Shown here: in pieces, positions 8,832 to 18,060 of the stretch
How positions within the stretch are numbered: the stretch's first letter is position 1
How the letters are laid out: each line of letters begins with the position of its first letter
Assembly: GCA_017521825.1 (NCBI GenBank)
Contig: JAFXBK010000084.1
Span: 30,105 to 94,104, forward strand
Direction: 5' to 3'
From: Oscillospiraceae bacterium
GTDB lineage: Bacteria; Bacillota; Clostridia; Oscillospirales; Ruminococcaceae
DNA length: 64,000 bases
Position numbers and translations under genes: made by a program
Notes under the pieces: generated by a model
Database searches by the model: none
Seen by the model: the letters and a program-made list of their open reading frames with translations, nothing else
Told to the model about the DNA's origin: nothing

Positions 8832-9590
8832 ATGAAAAAATTTTGCATAGTTTTGTCTTTGATTCTGATTTTTTGTTCCTGTGGAAAAGAACCCGAAAGG
8901 GAAGACCTTACATATATTGCGGAATCGGGAAAATATGTTGATGAACTTGGAAACAGAATAAATTTTAAAGAAGATATTTATTCTGTAAATCTCAATTATG
9001 CAATCGGTTGGGACGTAAAAACGCTTTTACCGGTAAAAATTTATAAAGGCGATAAAATTAACGGTTTAATGGTAAACGAAATAAAAAGCGAATACCTGTT
9101 TTATAATCCGGTTGAAGTGGATATTTATGGAACCGTTTCGGAATTTTCGGATGAAAATGCGCCACTGTTTTTCCATGAACAATCAATTGAATTTGTAAGC
9201 AACAATGAAAACAAAATAAATGTTCAAGGATATTTTGTCTTTGAAAACGAAAGCGTTGTATTTTATCCAAAATTATCTGAGGAAAATTTCTATTATTTGC
9301 ATAATCCGCAATATTCATCGGATGATGATTTCGATTTTATGTATAATGACGAAATTAAAATTCAGCCAATTACAATATATTGCAATGTTTCCGATGAAAA
9401 CGGAGAAAGCGGACACAGAATTACAAAAGAGGATATTGAAAAGAAACTGAATTTGGAAATAGAAGACGATACAAAATATGTTGAAGCCGAATTATCTTTT
9501 CAGTGGCTGAGATTCGAAACCAATAAATCAATGCAGGACGAGAACCCAATGAGAACAATGGCGTACGGATATGTTGAAAAAATAAAATAA
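8832..9590 (+). CDS. hypothetical lipoprotein
   Basis: MKKFCIVLSLILIFCSC signal/lipobox. No other motif. Confidence 0.65.
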   Translation: MKKFCIVLSLILIFCSCGKEPEREDLTYIAESGKYVDELGNRINFKEDIYSVNLNYAIGWDVKTLLPVKIYKGDKINGLMVNEIKSEYLFYNPVEVDIYGTVSEFSDENAPLFFHEQSIEFVSNNENKINVQGYFVFENESVVFYPKLSEENFYYLHNPQYSSDDDFDFMYNDEIKIQPITIYCNVSDENGESGHRITKEDIEKKLNLEIEDDTKYVEAELSFQWLRFETNKSMQDENPMRTMAYGYVEKIK

Positions 9591-9637
9591 ACTTAAAAAA
9601 CAACCAAAAACCGTACCGATATTTTGTAACTAATGCT

Positions 9638-9668
9638 AAAACCCGCGGAATCCCGCGGGTTTTTATTT
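9638..9668 (+). terminator. intrinsic terminator
   Basis: Stem acccgcgg/ccgcgggt plus a T-run. Confidence 0.8.
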
Positions 9669-9751
9669 CTGCCAAATTGCCAGTTTACATATTGACAGAT
9701 TTAAGTTATTATATATAACAGAGAAATTTTGACAGGAGTGTTTTTTAATAT

Positions 9752-10735
9752 ATGGAAAGACATGTTAAAAGAATCGGTATTCTTACTTCCGGCGGCGATG
9801 CGCCAGGTATGAACGCCGTAATCCGTTCCGTTGTAAGAACCGCCGCAAGTAAAGGTATCGAAACCGTCGGCATCAGAAGGGGATATAACGGCCTTATAAC
9901 CGGCGATATAATCCGCCTTGATTCCGACAGCGTTTCAAGAATTATAAACAAAGGCGGAACAATGCTTTATACCGCAAGAAGCGAAGAATTCATGACCGAA
10001 ATCGGACAGAACAAAGCCGCCGCAACCTGCAAGCAGTTCGGAATCGACGGAATTATTGCCGTCGGCGGCGACGGAACTTTCCGCGGACTTTATGCCCTTT
10101 CTAAACACGGCGTTTCCGTTGTTGGTATTCCGGCAACCATTGATAACGATATCAGCTGCACCGATTACTGCATTGGATATGATACCGCGGCAAACACCGC
10201 CGTTGAAGCAATAGACCGCCTTCGCGATACAATGCAGTCCCACGACCGCTGCTCCGTTGTTGAGGTTATGGGCCACAGAGCGGGTCATCTTGCTCTTTAT
10301 GTTGGTCTTGCAACTTCCGCAACTGCTGTTCTTGTTCCGGAAAAGGAATTTGATTTTGAAAACGATATTGTTGAAAATATCAGAAAAGCAAGACTTAACG
10401 GTAAAACCCATTTTATGATCATCATGGCCGAGGGCGTTGGAAAAGCAACAAAAATGGGCGAACGTATTGAGGAAGAACTTGCGCTTGATACCAGGGTTAC
10501 AATTCTCGGACATATCCAGCGCGGCGGAAGTCCCTCCGCCCGTGACAGAGTTACCGCCGCTGCTATGGGTTATGAAGCGGTAAAAGCTCTTTCCGAAGGA
10601 AAAACAAACCGCGTAATCCGTTCCGTTTCCGGCGAGTTCGAGGATATCGATATAGTCGAAGCTCTTAACATGAAAAAAGGTCTTGATGAAGAACAGTACG
10701 AAGTTCTCGAAGCAATGACCGGTATTTACCATTGA
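9752..10735 (+). CDS. pfkA: ATP-dependent 6-phosphofructokinase
   Basis: 327 aa. Motifs GILTSGGDAPGMN, GGDGT, IPATIDND and MGH. Confidence 0.93.
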   Translation: MERHVKRIGILTSGGDAPGMNAVIRSVVRTAASKGIETVGIRRGYNGLITGDIIRLDSDSVSRIINKGGTMLYTARSEEFMTEIGQNKAAATCKQFGIDGIIAVGGDGTFRGLYALSKHGVSVVGIPATIDNDISCTDYCIGYDTAANTAVEAIDRLRDTMQSHDRCSVVEVMGHRAGHLALYVGLATSATAVLVPEKEFDFENDIVENIRKARLNGKTHFMIIMAEGVGKATKMGERIEEELALDTRVTILGHIQRGGSPSARDRVTAAAMGYEAVKALSEGKTNRVIRSVSGEFEDIDIVEALNMKKGLDEEQYEVLEAMTGIYH

Positions 10736-10737
10736 TT

Positions 10738-10771
10738 AAAAAAAGTGTCCGCTTTTGCGGACACTTTTTTC
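10738..10771. terminator. bidirectional intrinsic terminator
   Basis: A-run, stem gtgtccgc/gcggacac, T-run, between convergent genes. Confidence 0.8.
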
Positions 10772-10779
10772 TTTTCGGA

Positions 10780-11289
10780 TTATTTTATAAAATGGATTTT
10801 TTTCTCGCTGAACTGGTCTCTCGGTTCCGGGTTTTCGGAAGGGTGGCCAATATGGATTATGTTCAGCGGAACCAATTTTTCCGGAAGGGAAAGAGCTTCA
10901 CGAACGTTTTTTTCTGCGGTTTTCATTGGGTGAACTCCGCACCAGACTGCACCAAGTCCGAGGTCGGTTGCCCTGAGCAAAATATTTTCGGTAGCGGCGC
11001 TGCAATCCTGAATCCAGAAAGGAGAAAGCTGGGAAGGGAGGGCTTTTGAAAGATTTCCGCAAACAACTATTGCAAGCGGCGCGGTTATTTTGGAAAATCT
11101 TGCGGCCTTGCGTAATTTTTCAAGAATTTCTGGATTTGTGACAACAAAAAATTCCCATGGAGTTTTGTTGCAGGCGGAAGGTCCGCTCATTCCCGCATGG
11201 AGAAGTTTTAAAACATCTTCTTCGGAAACCGGTTCTTCGGTGAATTTTCTTACGCTTCTTCTTTTAAGTAAAACTTCGTTAAGTTCCAT
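10780..11289 (-). CDS. nitroreductase family protein
   Basis: 169 aa. N-terminal LKRRSVRKF, and PSACNKTPWEFFVV typical of FMN nitroreductases. Confidence 0.85.
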   Translation of the reverse strand: MELNEVLLKRRSVRKFTEEPVSEEDVLKLLHAGMSGPSACNKTPWEFFVVTNPEILEKLRKAARFSKITAPLAIVVCGNLSKALPSQLSPFWIQDCSAATENILLRATDLGLGAVWCGVHPMKTAEKNVREALSLPEKLVPLNIIHIGHPSENPEPRDQFSEKKIHFIK

Positions 11290-11301
11290 AAAACCGTCCT
11301 T

Positions 11302-12990
11302 TCAATAAAACACCTTTTTGAGCACGTATTTTCCGGTAACCGGATCCTTGTTTTCATAATCCGCAAAAACGGCGGCTTTTTCGCTTTCCAAAAGGGAAAA
11401 ACCGCGTTTGATTCCGGGTTTCCGGCGGTTTTCTTCTTCGGATTCTATTGCAATTCGGATTTTTTTGATTTCCGGGTTTTTAACTTTGAGCACTTCCGGA
11501 AGCTTTCCGGAAGAATTTGAGCACAGTCTGTCACAAATCATTTTATCCTTGAGCACGGAAGGCTCGATTCTATTGAGCTTTGAAAGATAGCCGTAGGCCA
11601 TTTCGGTATAATCGTCAAGCGAAACCAGCGGTTTTGAATGTTCTGCCGCATAAATTCCGAAATTCCTGAAAAATTCAAAAGGCGTAAATCCTGTTTTTTC
11701 AAGAACATATTCAACCGTTCCGATAAATCTTCCGCTGTTACAAAGCCTTTCGAGGGCGTCTTCAACTTTATGCAGAAGCAAAAGGTCTTTTTCATTGGTC
11801 CATTTGGTGGAAATAACTTCGTAAGGCGGTTCCTTTGAAAATTCGCAGGGATATTTTTCAAAATTTTCGCGCATCTGAGCACCGCGAAGAAGTTTTAAAA
11901 AACCAAGCTGGAGCATATTTGAACGAAGATTATAACCGATATCGAAACTGTGCTCAAAACTTTCCATGTTCTCAAAAGGAAGGCCGGCAATAAGGTCGAT
12001 GTGGATATGAAGATTTCCCGGCGCAAGGAGTTTTTTTATATTTTCGATAAGTTTTGCGGTGTTTGTTTTTCGGTTGATGTAAGCAAGCGTTTTTTCATTA
12101 AAACTTTGCATCCCGATTTCAAGCTGGATGGAACCTTTCGGCGCGGAATTAAGGATTTTAATGGATTCATCATCAAGAATATCGCCGGCAATTTCAAAAT
12201 GGAAGCAAACGTTTTCCGGAATACCTTTTCCGTGCTCATCGATTACGAATTGCCAGAGTTCCTTTGCACGGGCTTTGTTTGCGTTAAAAGTTCTGTCAAC
12301 AAGTTTAACGGTCTGGGTGCCGCTTTTCGCAAGCAAAAGCATTTCCCGTTTTGCCCGTTCAATATCAAAAAAGCGAACTCCGCCGCATCTTCCGGAAAGG
12401 CAGAAGGCGCAGGAATATGGGCATCCGCGGCTTGTTTCAAGGTAGGCGATTCTTCCGTTAAGATTTTCAAAAAAATCATCGCAATATGGGGAAGGCGGTT
12501 CGCCTTCGGCAATATAGGGTTCGCTTATAACGATTTTTTCGTTTTTTCTGAAGCAAAGTCCGGGAACAGATTCTGTATTTCCGGAACTCAAAGAATCGCA
12601 AAGCGAGGCAAAAGGATATTCGCCTTCGCCGGAAATAAGATAGTCGCACCAGGAAAGTTCTTCCAGAATTTCTTTAGCGTTATAGGAAACCTCCGGTCCG
12701 CCGAGAACTATAACGGAATCGGGAAGAGCGTTTTTTAACATTTCGCCAAGTTTTTTTACGTGGTTTATGTTCCAGATGTAACAGGAAAGACCGATTATAT
12801 CCGGATTTTCGGCGGTGATACGTTCAAAAATTCTTTCAATGGGTTCGTTTATCGTTCCGTCGATAACCTTAACCGGGTACTTTTCGGCGCAAAAGGTTTT
12901 GATACCTGCGGCAATGCACCAGGGAGAAAGAGGCGAATGAACATATTTGGAAGCAACCGAACAAAGTACAATTTTGTTAATTTTATCCGT
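11302..12990 (-). CDS. B12-binding-domain radical SAM protein (DUF4080-type); start codon unclear
   Basis: CxxxCxxC (SRGCPYSCAFC). The frame stays open and homologous-looking (KIVLCSVASKYVHSPL...) for 83 codons upstream of the first ATG at 12741. No ATG/GTG/TTG occurs there. ACG at 12990 lies 7 nt after an AGAAGGG RBS. Confidence 0.75.
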   Translation of the reverse strand, partial: TDKINKIVLCSVASKYVHSPLSPWCIAAGIKTFCAEKYPVKVIDGTINEPIERIFERITAENPDIIGLSCYIWNINHVKKLGEMLKNALPDSVIVLGGPEVSYNAKEILEELSWCDYLISGEGEYPFASLCDSLSSGNTESVPGLCFRKNEKIVISEPYIAEGEPPSPYCDDFFENLNGRIAYLETSRGCPYSCAFCLSGRCGGVRFFDIERAKREMLLLAKSGTQTVKLVDRTFNANKARAKELWQFVIDEHGKGIPENVCFHFEIAGDILDDESIKILNSAPKGSIQLEIGMQSFNEKTLAYINRKTNTAKLIENIKKLLAPGNLHIHIDLIAGLPFENMESFEHSFDIGYNLRSNMLQLGFLKLLRGAQMRENFEKYPCEFSKEPPYEVISTKWTNEKDLLLLHKVEDALERLCNSGRFIGTVEYVLEKTGFTPFEFFRNFGIYAAEHSKPLVSLDDYTEMAYGYLSKLNRIEPSVLKDKMICDRLCSNSSGKLPEVLKVKNPEIKKIRIAIESEEENRRKPGIKRGFSLLESEKAAVFADYENKDPVTGKYVLKKVFY

Positions 12991-13105
12991 ATTTATGCCC
13001 TTCTTTCAAATAATACTTGAAAATACAGCAGATTGTGCTAAAATAAATTGGACTATTAATATTATAACAAATAATCCGATATTGTAAAGAACGGAGGTGT
13101 TTTGT

Positions 13106-13723
13106 TTGGTTCATATATATTTTTGCGATATGAACAATTTTGAACACCTTTTGGAAGACTGTATTTTGCTTTTGCCAAAAAACAGAAGGCGTAAAGCGGA
13201 AAGACTTTACAGCGAAAACAGCAAACTTCTTTCGGCAACGGCGGGTCTTATGATGAAAAAAGTTCTCGGAGTTACCGAAGATTGGATGGTCTTGAAGGGA
13301 AAACACGGAAAACCTTATATTGAGCACGGACCTTTTTTCAGCGTTTCCCACAGCGTAAGGTATTCCGTTCTTGCGGTTTCGGAAAATGAAATCGGAATAG
13401 ATATAGAAATGCACGAAAACCCGCCGGAAAGAATTTACGGACGTTGTTTTTGCGAAGAGGAACAGATTTTTGCAAAACAGAGCACGGAAAATTTCCAGCG
13501 CCTTTGGAGTGCAAAGGAAGCGGTGCTCAAATTTTTGGGAACCGGCTTTTCCTATTCGCCAAAAAATTTTTCCGTCCTTCCACTTTCCGAAGAACATGAA
13601 ATTTGCGGAAAGAAAATCCGTCTTTTTTGTTCCGATATCAATGGCGCGGTGCTCACGGCGACTTTTTGCGGTGAAGAAGAATTTGAATTTACGGAATTTT
13701 TTCCGAAAGACCTTATATATTGA
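13106..13723 (+). CDS. 4'-phosphopantetheinyl transferase (Sfp type)
   Basis: Motifs GKPY, FSVSHS, GIDIE and WSAKEAVLKFLGTG. TTG at 13106 lies 8 nt after GGAGG; the track start at 13097 overlaps the RBS. Confidence 0.8.
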   Translation: MVHIYFCDMNNFEHLLEDCILLLPKNRRRKAERLYSENSKLLSATAGLMMKKVLGVTEDWMVLKGKHGKPYIEHGPFFSVSHSVRYSVLAVSENEIGIDIEMHENPPERIYGRCFCEEEQIFAKQSTENFQRLWSAKEAVLKFLGTGFSYSPKNFSVLPLSEEHEICGKKIRLFCSDINGAVLTATFCGEEEFEFTEFFPKDLIY

Positions 13724-13732
13724 GAGGATTTT

Positions 13733-14959
13733 ATGAAAACAGAAAGAAATTTCCCCAAAGCGATAATAACAAAAAAAGGCGAAAACTGGGTAACCGGCGG
13801 TCACCCCTGGATTTATGATGCGGAGGTAATTTCCGTCGAAGGGGAATATGAAAACGGTTCCCTGGTCGATGCGGTTTCGGAAAAAGGAAAATATATCGGA
13901 ACCGGATTTATCAGCAGCGAAAGCAAAATCCGTATCCGCCTTGTTTCCAAAAACGCAAACGATAAATTTGATAGGGATTTTTGGAAAAGAAGAGTAAAAT
14001 ACGCCTGGGATTACCGAAAAACCGTTATGGGTGAAGATGTTGGCTGCTGCCGCTTTATTTTTGGGGAAGCGGACCAGTTCCCGGGTCTTACCGTGGATAA
14101 ATTCGGCGATATTCTTGTTACCCAATGCCTTTCCATAGGAATGGAAAAAATCAAAAACATTGTTTTTCCGCTTCTTTATGAGGTCCTTTCGGAGGATGGA
14201 ATAAAAATTCGCGGAATTTACGAACGGAATGACGTCGCAATCCGTAAGCTGGAAGGAATGGAAGAAAACAAAGGCTGGTTTTATCTTTCTGGCGTTCCGG
14301 TTCCGGATTCCACCGAAACCGAAATTATCGAAAACGGAATAAAATACAGCGTAGATTTTGAAAACGGACAGAAAACCGGTTTTTTCCTTGACCAGAAGTA
14401 TAACCGGCTCGCAGTTTCCAAAATAGCTAAAGGAAAAAGGATTCTGGATTGTTTTACCCACACCGGATCCTTTGCGCTTAATGCCGCCAAAGGCGGCGCA
14501 AGCCATGTTTGCGCCGTGGATATATCCGAATCCGCAATCGAAATGGCAAAGCGAAATGCGGAGCAAAACGGCCTTACAGACGTTATGGAATTCCGCGTTG
14601 CGGACGTTTTTGATTTGCTTACAAACCTTGATAACAAAGCGGAAAAATTTGATTTTATAATCCTTGATCCTCCGGCCTTCACAAAATCCAGAAAAACCGT
14701 TGACAGTGCTTTTAAAGGCTATAAGGATATCAACTTCCGTGCGATGAAACTTCTTCCAAGGGGCGGATATTTTGCAACGGCTTCCTGTTCCCATTTTATG
14801 CCGGACGAGCTTTTTGTAAAAATGCTCCGTTCTGCCGCTAAAGATGCAGGCGTTGAACTTCGCCAGATTGAAGCAAGACAGCAATCTCCCGACCACCCGA
14901 TTCTCTGGAATGTTCCGGAAACGGATTATCTTAAATTTTATATTTTCCAGGTCATCTGA
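13733..14959 (+). CDS. class I SAM-dependent rRNA (cytosine-C5) methyltransferase, RlmI-like (PUA + MTase)
   Basis: 408 aa. Motifs GHPWIY, GFFLDQ and ILDPPAF. Confidence 0.85.
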   Translation: MKTERNFPKAIITKKGENWVTGGHPWIYDAEVISVEGEYENGSLVDAVSEKGKYIGTGFISSESKIRIRLVSKNANDKFDRDFWKRRVKYAWDYRKTVMGEDVGCCRFIFGEADQFPGLTVDKFGDILVTQCLSIGMEKIKNIVFPLLYEVLSEDGIKIRGIYERNDVAIRKLEGMEENKGWFYLSGVPVPDSTETEIIENGIKYSVDFENGQKTGFFLDQKYNRLAVSKIAKGKRILDCFTHTGSFALNAAKGGASHVCAVDISESAIEMAKRNAEQNGLTDVMEFRVADVFDLLTNLDNKAEKFDFIILDPPAFTKSRKTVDSAFKGYKDINFRAMKLLPRGGYFATASCSHFMPDELFVKMLRSAAKDAGVELRQIEARQQSPDHPILWNVPETDYLKFYIFQVI

Positions 14960-14976
14960 CCGCAAAGGAGATAAAT

Positions 14977-15840
14977 ATGAACACAGAAAATTCTGTTATA
15001 AAATTCATTAAAGAGTATGGCCTTCTTACCATAGCTTCGCTTCTTATGATTCTGAGCACCTGGCTTTTTAAGTATCCCAATAACTTTACATTTGGCGGTG
15101 TAAACGGTATTTCTATACTGCTCAGTAAGATAATCGAAGTTCCCGCAAGTACCCTTAACCTTGTAATGAATATTGTTCTTCTTGTAATCGGATTTGTGGT
15201 TCTGGGAAAAGTTTTTGCGGGAAAAACCCTTTATGTTACGCTTCTTTCAACAGTCGGCCTTTCCGCGCTCGATCTTATACATCCGATAACGGAACCCATT
15301 ACCGATGAACCGGTTATCGAACTTCTTTTCGCGGTTGCGCTCCCGGCGGTTGCTTCCGCAATCCTTTTCAACATGGATGCCTCCAGCGGCGGTACGGATA
15401 TTGTTGCTATGCTTCTTAAAAAATATACAACAATGGAAATCGGAACGGCGATTTTTGCCGTTGACATTATTATTTCCGTAAGCGCGTTTGTTGTTTTCGA
15501 TTTTGCAACCGGTCTTTATTCTCTTACCGGTCTTTTTGCAAAAACGCTTATCATGGACGGTGCCATCGAAAACCTTAACCTTTGCAAATATTTCACCATT
15601 ATCACAACAAATCCGAAGCCCATCTGCGATTTTATACACCACGAACTCCACAGAAGCGCAACCATTTATAAAGCGGAGGGAGCATATTCCCACACCGAAA
15701 AAAACATTGTTCTTGTTGTTCTTAAAAGAAGCCAGGCGGTACGTCTTCGCCGTTTTATAAAAGATGTTGAACCCACAGCTTTTATGATGATAACCAACAG
15801 CTCCGAAATTATCGGTAAAGGCTTCCGCGGATTCAACTGA
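14977..15840 (+). CDS. YitT family membrane protein (with DUF2179 C-terminal domain)
   Basis: 287 aa, multi-TM, with GGTDI and a C-terminal soluble domain. Confidence 0.85.
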   Translation: MNTENSVIKFIKEYGLLTIASLLMILSTWLFKYPNNFTFGGVNGISILLSKIIEVPASTLNLVMNIVLLVIGFVVLGKVFAGKTLYVTLLSTVGLSALDLIHPITEPITDEPVIELLFAVALPAVASAILFNMDASSGGTDIVAMLLKKYTTMEIGTAIFAVDIIISVSAFVVFDFATGLYSLTGLFAKTLIMDGAIENLNLCKYFTIITTNPKPICDFIHHELHRSATIYKAEGAYSHTEKNIVLVVLKRSQAVRLRRFIKDVEPTAFMMITNSSEIIGKGFRGFN

Positions 15841-15853
15841 AAGGCGGAAGATT

Positions 15854-16486
15854 ATGAAAAAACTGATAAAAAAATATTTCTATCTTGTTCATATTCTTTT
15901 AGGTGCCTTTATTCTTGCCTTCGGAATGTATAACATACATTCGCGGACGATTATAACCGAAGGCGGAATCTGGGGAATAGAGCTTCTTCTTGACCATTGG
16001 TTCGGACTTTCGCCTGCGGTAACCGCGCCTTTTCTTGACGGAACCTGCTATCTTCTGGGCGTTGTTTTCCTGGGAAAAGAATTCATTCTTAAATCTCTGG
16101 TCGGAACCCTTAGCTATTCCGCATTTTATGCTGTTCTTGAACAGTTTCCGCCGCTTTTGCCGGATTTGAACTCGGTTCCTTTGGCTGCGGCGGTAATCGG
16201 CGCGATTTTTGTTGGAATCGGCGCAGGAATTGTTGTTCGCCAAGGGGGTGCCTGCGCAGGTGACGATGCTCTTGCTCTTGCAATATCAAAAAAACTTAAA
16301 TGCAAAATTTCAACTGCATATCTTTCAACGGATATGACCGTTCTTTTGCTTTCGCTTACCTACATTCCTTTCCGCCAGATAGCGTATTCGCTTATAACGG
16401 TTCTGCTTTCCGGCTGGATAATCGAAAAAGTGCAAAACTTTAGGAAAAAAGATTCTGTTGGTGCGGTTTTGTCACAGGATATGTGA
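15854..16486 (+). CDS. YitT/YczE-like membrane protein (no DUF2179 domain)
   Basis: 210 aa, multi-TM. Paralogous-looking to the preceding gene. Confidence 0.7.
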   Translation: MKKLIKKYFYLVHILLGAFILAFGMYNIHSRTIITEGGIWGIELLLDHWFGLSPAVTAPFLDGTCYLLGVVFLGKEFILKSLVGTLSYSAFYAVLEQFPPLLPDLNSVPLAAAVIGAIFVGIGAGIVVRQGGACAGDDALALAISKKLKCKISTAYLSTDMTVLLLSLTYIPFRQIAYSLITVLLSGWIIEKVQNFRKKDSVGAVLSQDM

Positions 16487-16526
16487 TATAATTGGTTTGT
16501 AAAAAAGCGGAAAGGAGTGCTTTAAA

Positions 16527-17519
16527 TTGGAAGGAAGAACAAAGGAAAAACTTCTTTATATTCTCGAAAGACTTCGTAAAACGGATGAACAGCACCCTGT
16601 TAACACAAACGACCTTATTGCATATCTTACGGAAAAAGGCATTGCCGCGGAAAGAAAATCCGTTGCGAGAGATATCGAAGCTCTTCGCCAGGCCGGTTAT
16701 TCCATAATCCTTTGCGATGAATATAAGCGCGGATATTATATGACTGACCAGCTTTTCGAGGATTATGAACTCAAAATAATCGCGGATGCTGTTTCCGGCG
16801 CAAAATTCATCACATATGAGGACTCCAATTCAATAGTAGAAAAACTCTGCGAACTCGCAAGTCCAACCGGAGAAGAAATTATCCGCGAACACACCTTTGT
16901 TGATGAAAAAATCAAATCGAAAAACAAAAAGGTGCGCTTTAATATTGATAGGGTAATAACAGCTATCAAAACCGGAAAACGAATTACTTTCCAGTATTTT
17001 GAATTTGCCGCCGACGGAAAAATGCAGCTTAAACGCGACGGTCATATCTATGAAATTTCGCCATATTATCTTTGCTGGGATGACGACAGCTATTTTTTGA
17101 TCGGCAACAGCAAAAGCCATGACCACCTTATCCATTTCCATGTGGAGATGATGACGAATGTCGAGATTACGAAAACGCCAATTCGTCCGAGGAATGAAAT
17201 TGAAGAACTCCGCGGAAATTTTTCAATCGGAGATTATATCCGAAAAAGTGTTAATATGTACGGCGGCGAAGCCGTAAAACTTTCCCTCGAATGCAGCGAA
17301 AAAATTGCGAAGGACGTTCACAGGGAATTCGGCGAGGAAATCATAACAAAACCAATCGGCGAAAGCCGCTTTATAACAGAAGTTAACGCGGCGGAAGGGG
17401 AAGGGCTTATCCGCTGGATAATGCAGTTTTCCGCCGATGATATGAAAGTTCTGGCGCCGGAAAGCATAAGAAACGAAATCAAAGAAAGAAGCGAAAAGCT
17501 TTTTAAACTTTATGAATAA
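16527..17519 (+). CDS. HTH + WYL domain transcriptional regulator
   Basis: TTG start after an AAAGGAG RBS. N-terminal wHTH (LLYILERLRKTDEQHPVNTNDLIAYL), a central WYL-like region (YYLCWDDDSYFLIG) and a C-terminal extension. Confidence 0.8.
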   Translation: MEGRTKEKLLYILERLRKTDEQHPVNTNDLIAYLTEKGIAAERKSVARDIEALRQAGYSIILCDEYKRGYYMTDQLFEDYELKIIADAVSGAKFITYEDSNSIVEKLCELASPTGEEIIREHTFVDEKIKSKNKKVRFNIDRVITAIKTGKRITFQYFEFAADGKMQLKRDGHIYEISPYYLCWDDDSYFLIGNSKSHDHLIHFHVEMMTNVEITKTPIRPRNEIEELRGNFSIGDYIRKSVNMYGGEAVKLSLECSEKIAKDVHREFGEEIITKPIGESRFITEVNAAEGEGLIRWIMQFSADDMKVLAPESIRNEIKERSEKLFKLYE

Positions 17520-17550
17520 AAAAAGCGGAAGGCAAAGCCTTCCGCTTTTT
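17518..17550. terminator. bidirectional intrinsic terminator
   Basis: Stem gcggaaggc/gccttccgc flanked by A- and T-runs. Confidence 0.85.
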
Positions 17551-17560
17551 AGTGCGTTTT

Positions 17561-17902
17561 TTATAATCCGAAGCTTATTGAAAGCGCTTCGTCAATTTTG
17601 TTCATGGAGCCTTCGTCAAGGTGTCCCATGTGTTCTTTAAGGCGCTGTTTGTCGATGGTGCGTATCTGTTCAAGAAGAACGATGGAATCTTTTGCAAGCC
17701 CGCAATTTTCCGAAGAAACGGAAATATGGGTCGGAAGTTTTGTTTTATCTTTCTGGCTTGTTATCGCCGCGGCGATAACGGTTGGGCTGAATTTGTTTCC
17801 GACATCATTCTGAACAATAAGTACCGGACGGATTCCGCCTTGTTCCGAACCGACCACAGGGCTCAGGTCGGCATAATAAATATCTCCTCGTTTAACGGTC
17901 AT
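17561..17902 (-). CDS. ndoA: type II toxin, PemK/MazF-family endoribonuclease (EndoA-like)
   Basis: 113 aa. Near-colinear with B. subtilis EndoA as recalled ([30 protein letters not shown]...[13 protein letters not shown]). ATG at 17902 follows a GGAGTG RBS. Confidence 0.9.
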   Translation of the reverse strand: MTVKRGDIYYADLSPVVGSEQGGIRPVLIVQNDVGNKFSPTVIAAAITSQKDKTKLPTHISVSSENCGLAKDSIVLLEQIRTIDKQRLKEHMGHLDEGSMNKIDEALSISFGL

Positions 17903-18060
17903 TTTTATCACTCCGTAATTTTGTTGCGAAGATATTATTGCCGCAAAAACCTTTTGCTAAACATATTCGCGTTCTATACTATTGATAAATTTCCGTCTTC
18001 GTGATAATATAATAAAGTTAAGGAATATATTTGATTTTTTAAGGCAGAAAGGAAGTTTCA

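Noticed and set aside
14977-16486. Two adjacent YitT-family genes, considered as a possible novel two-component membrane system.
   Set aside because: This looks like an ordinary paralogue pair, with the second copy lacking the DUF2179 domain. Nothing in the sequence suggests more.
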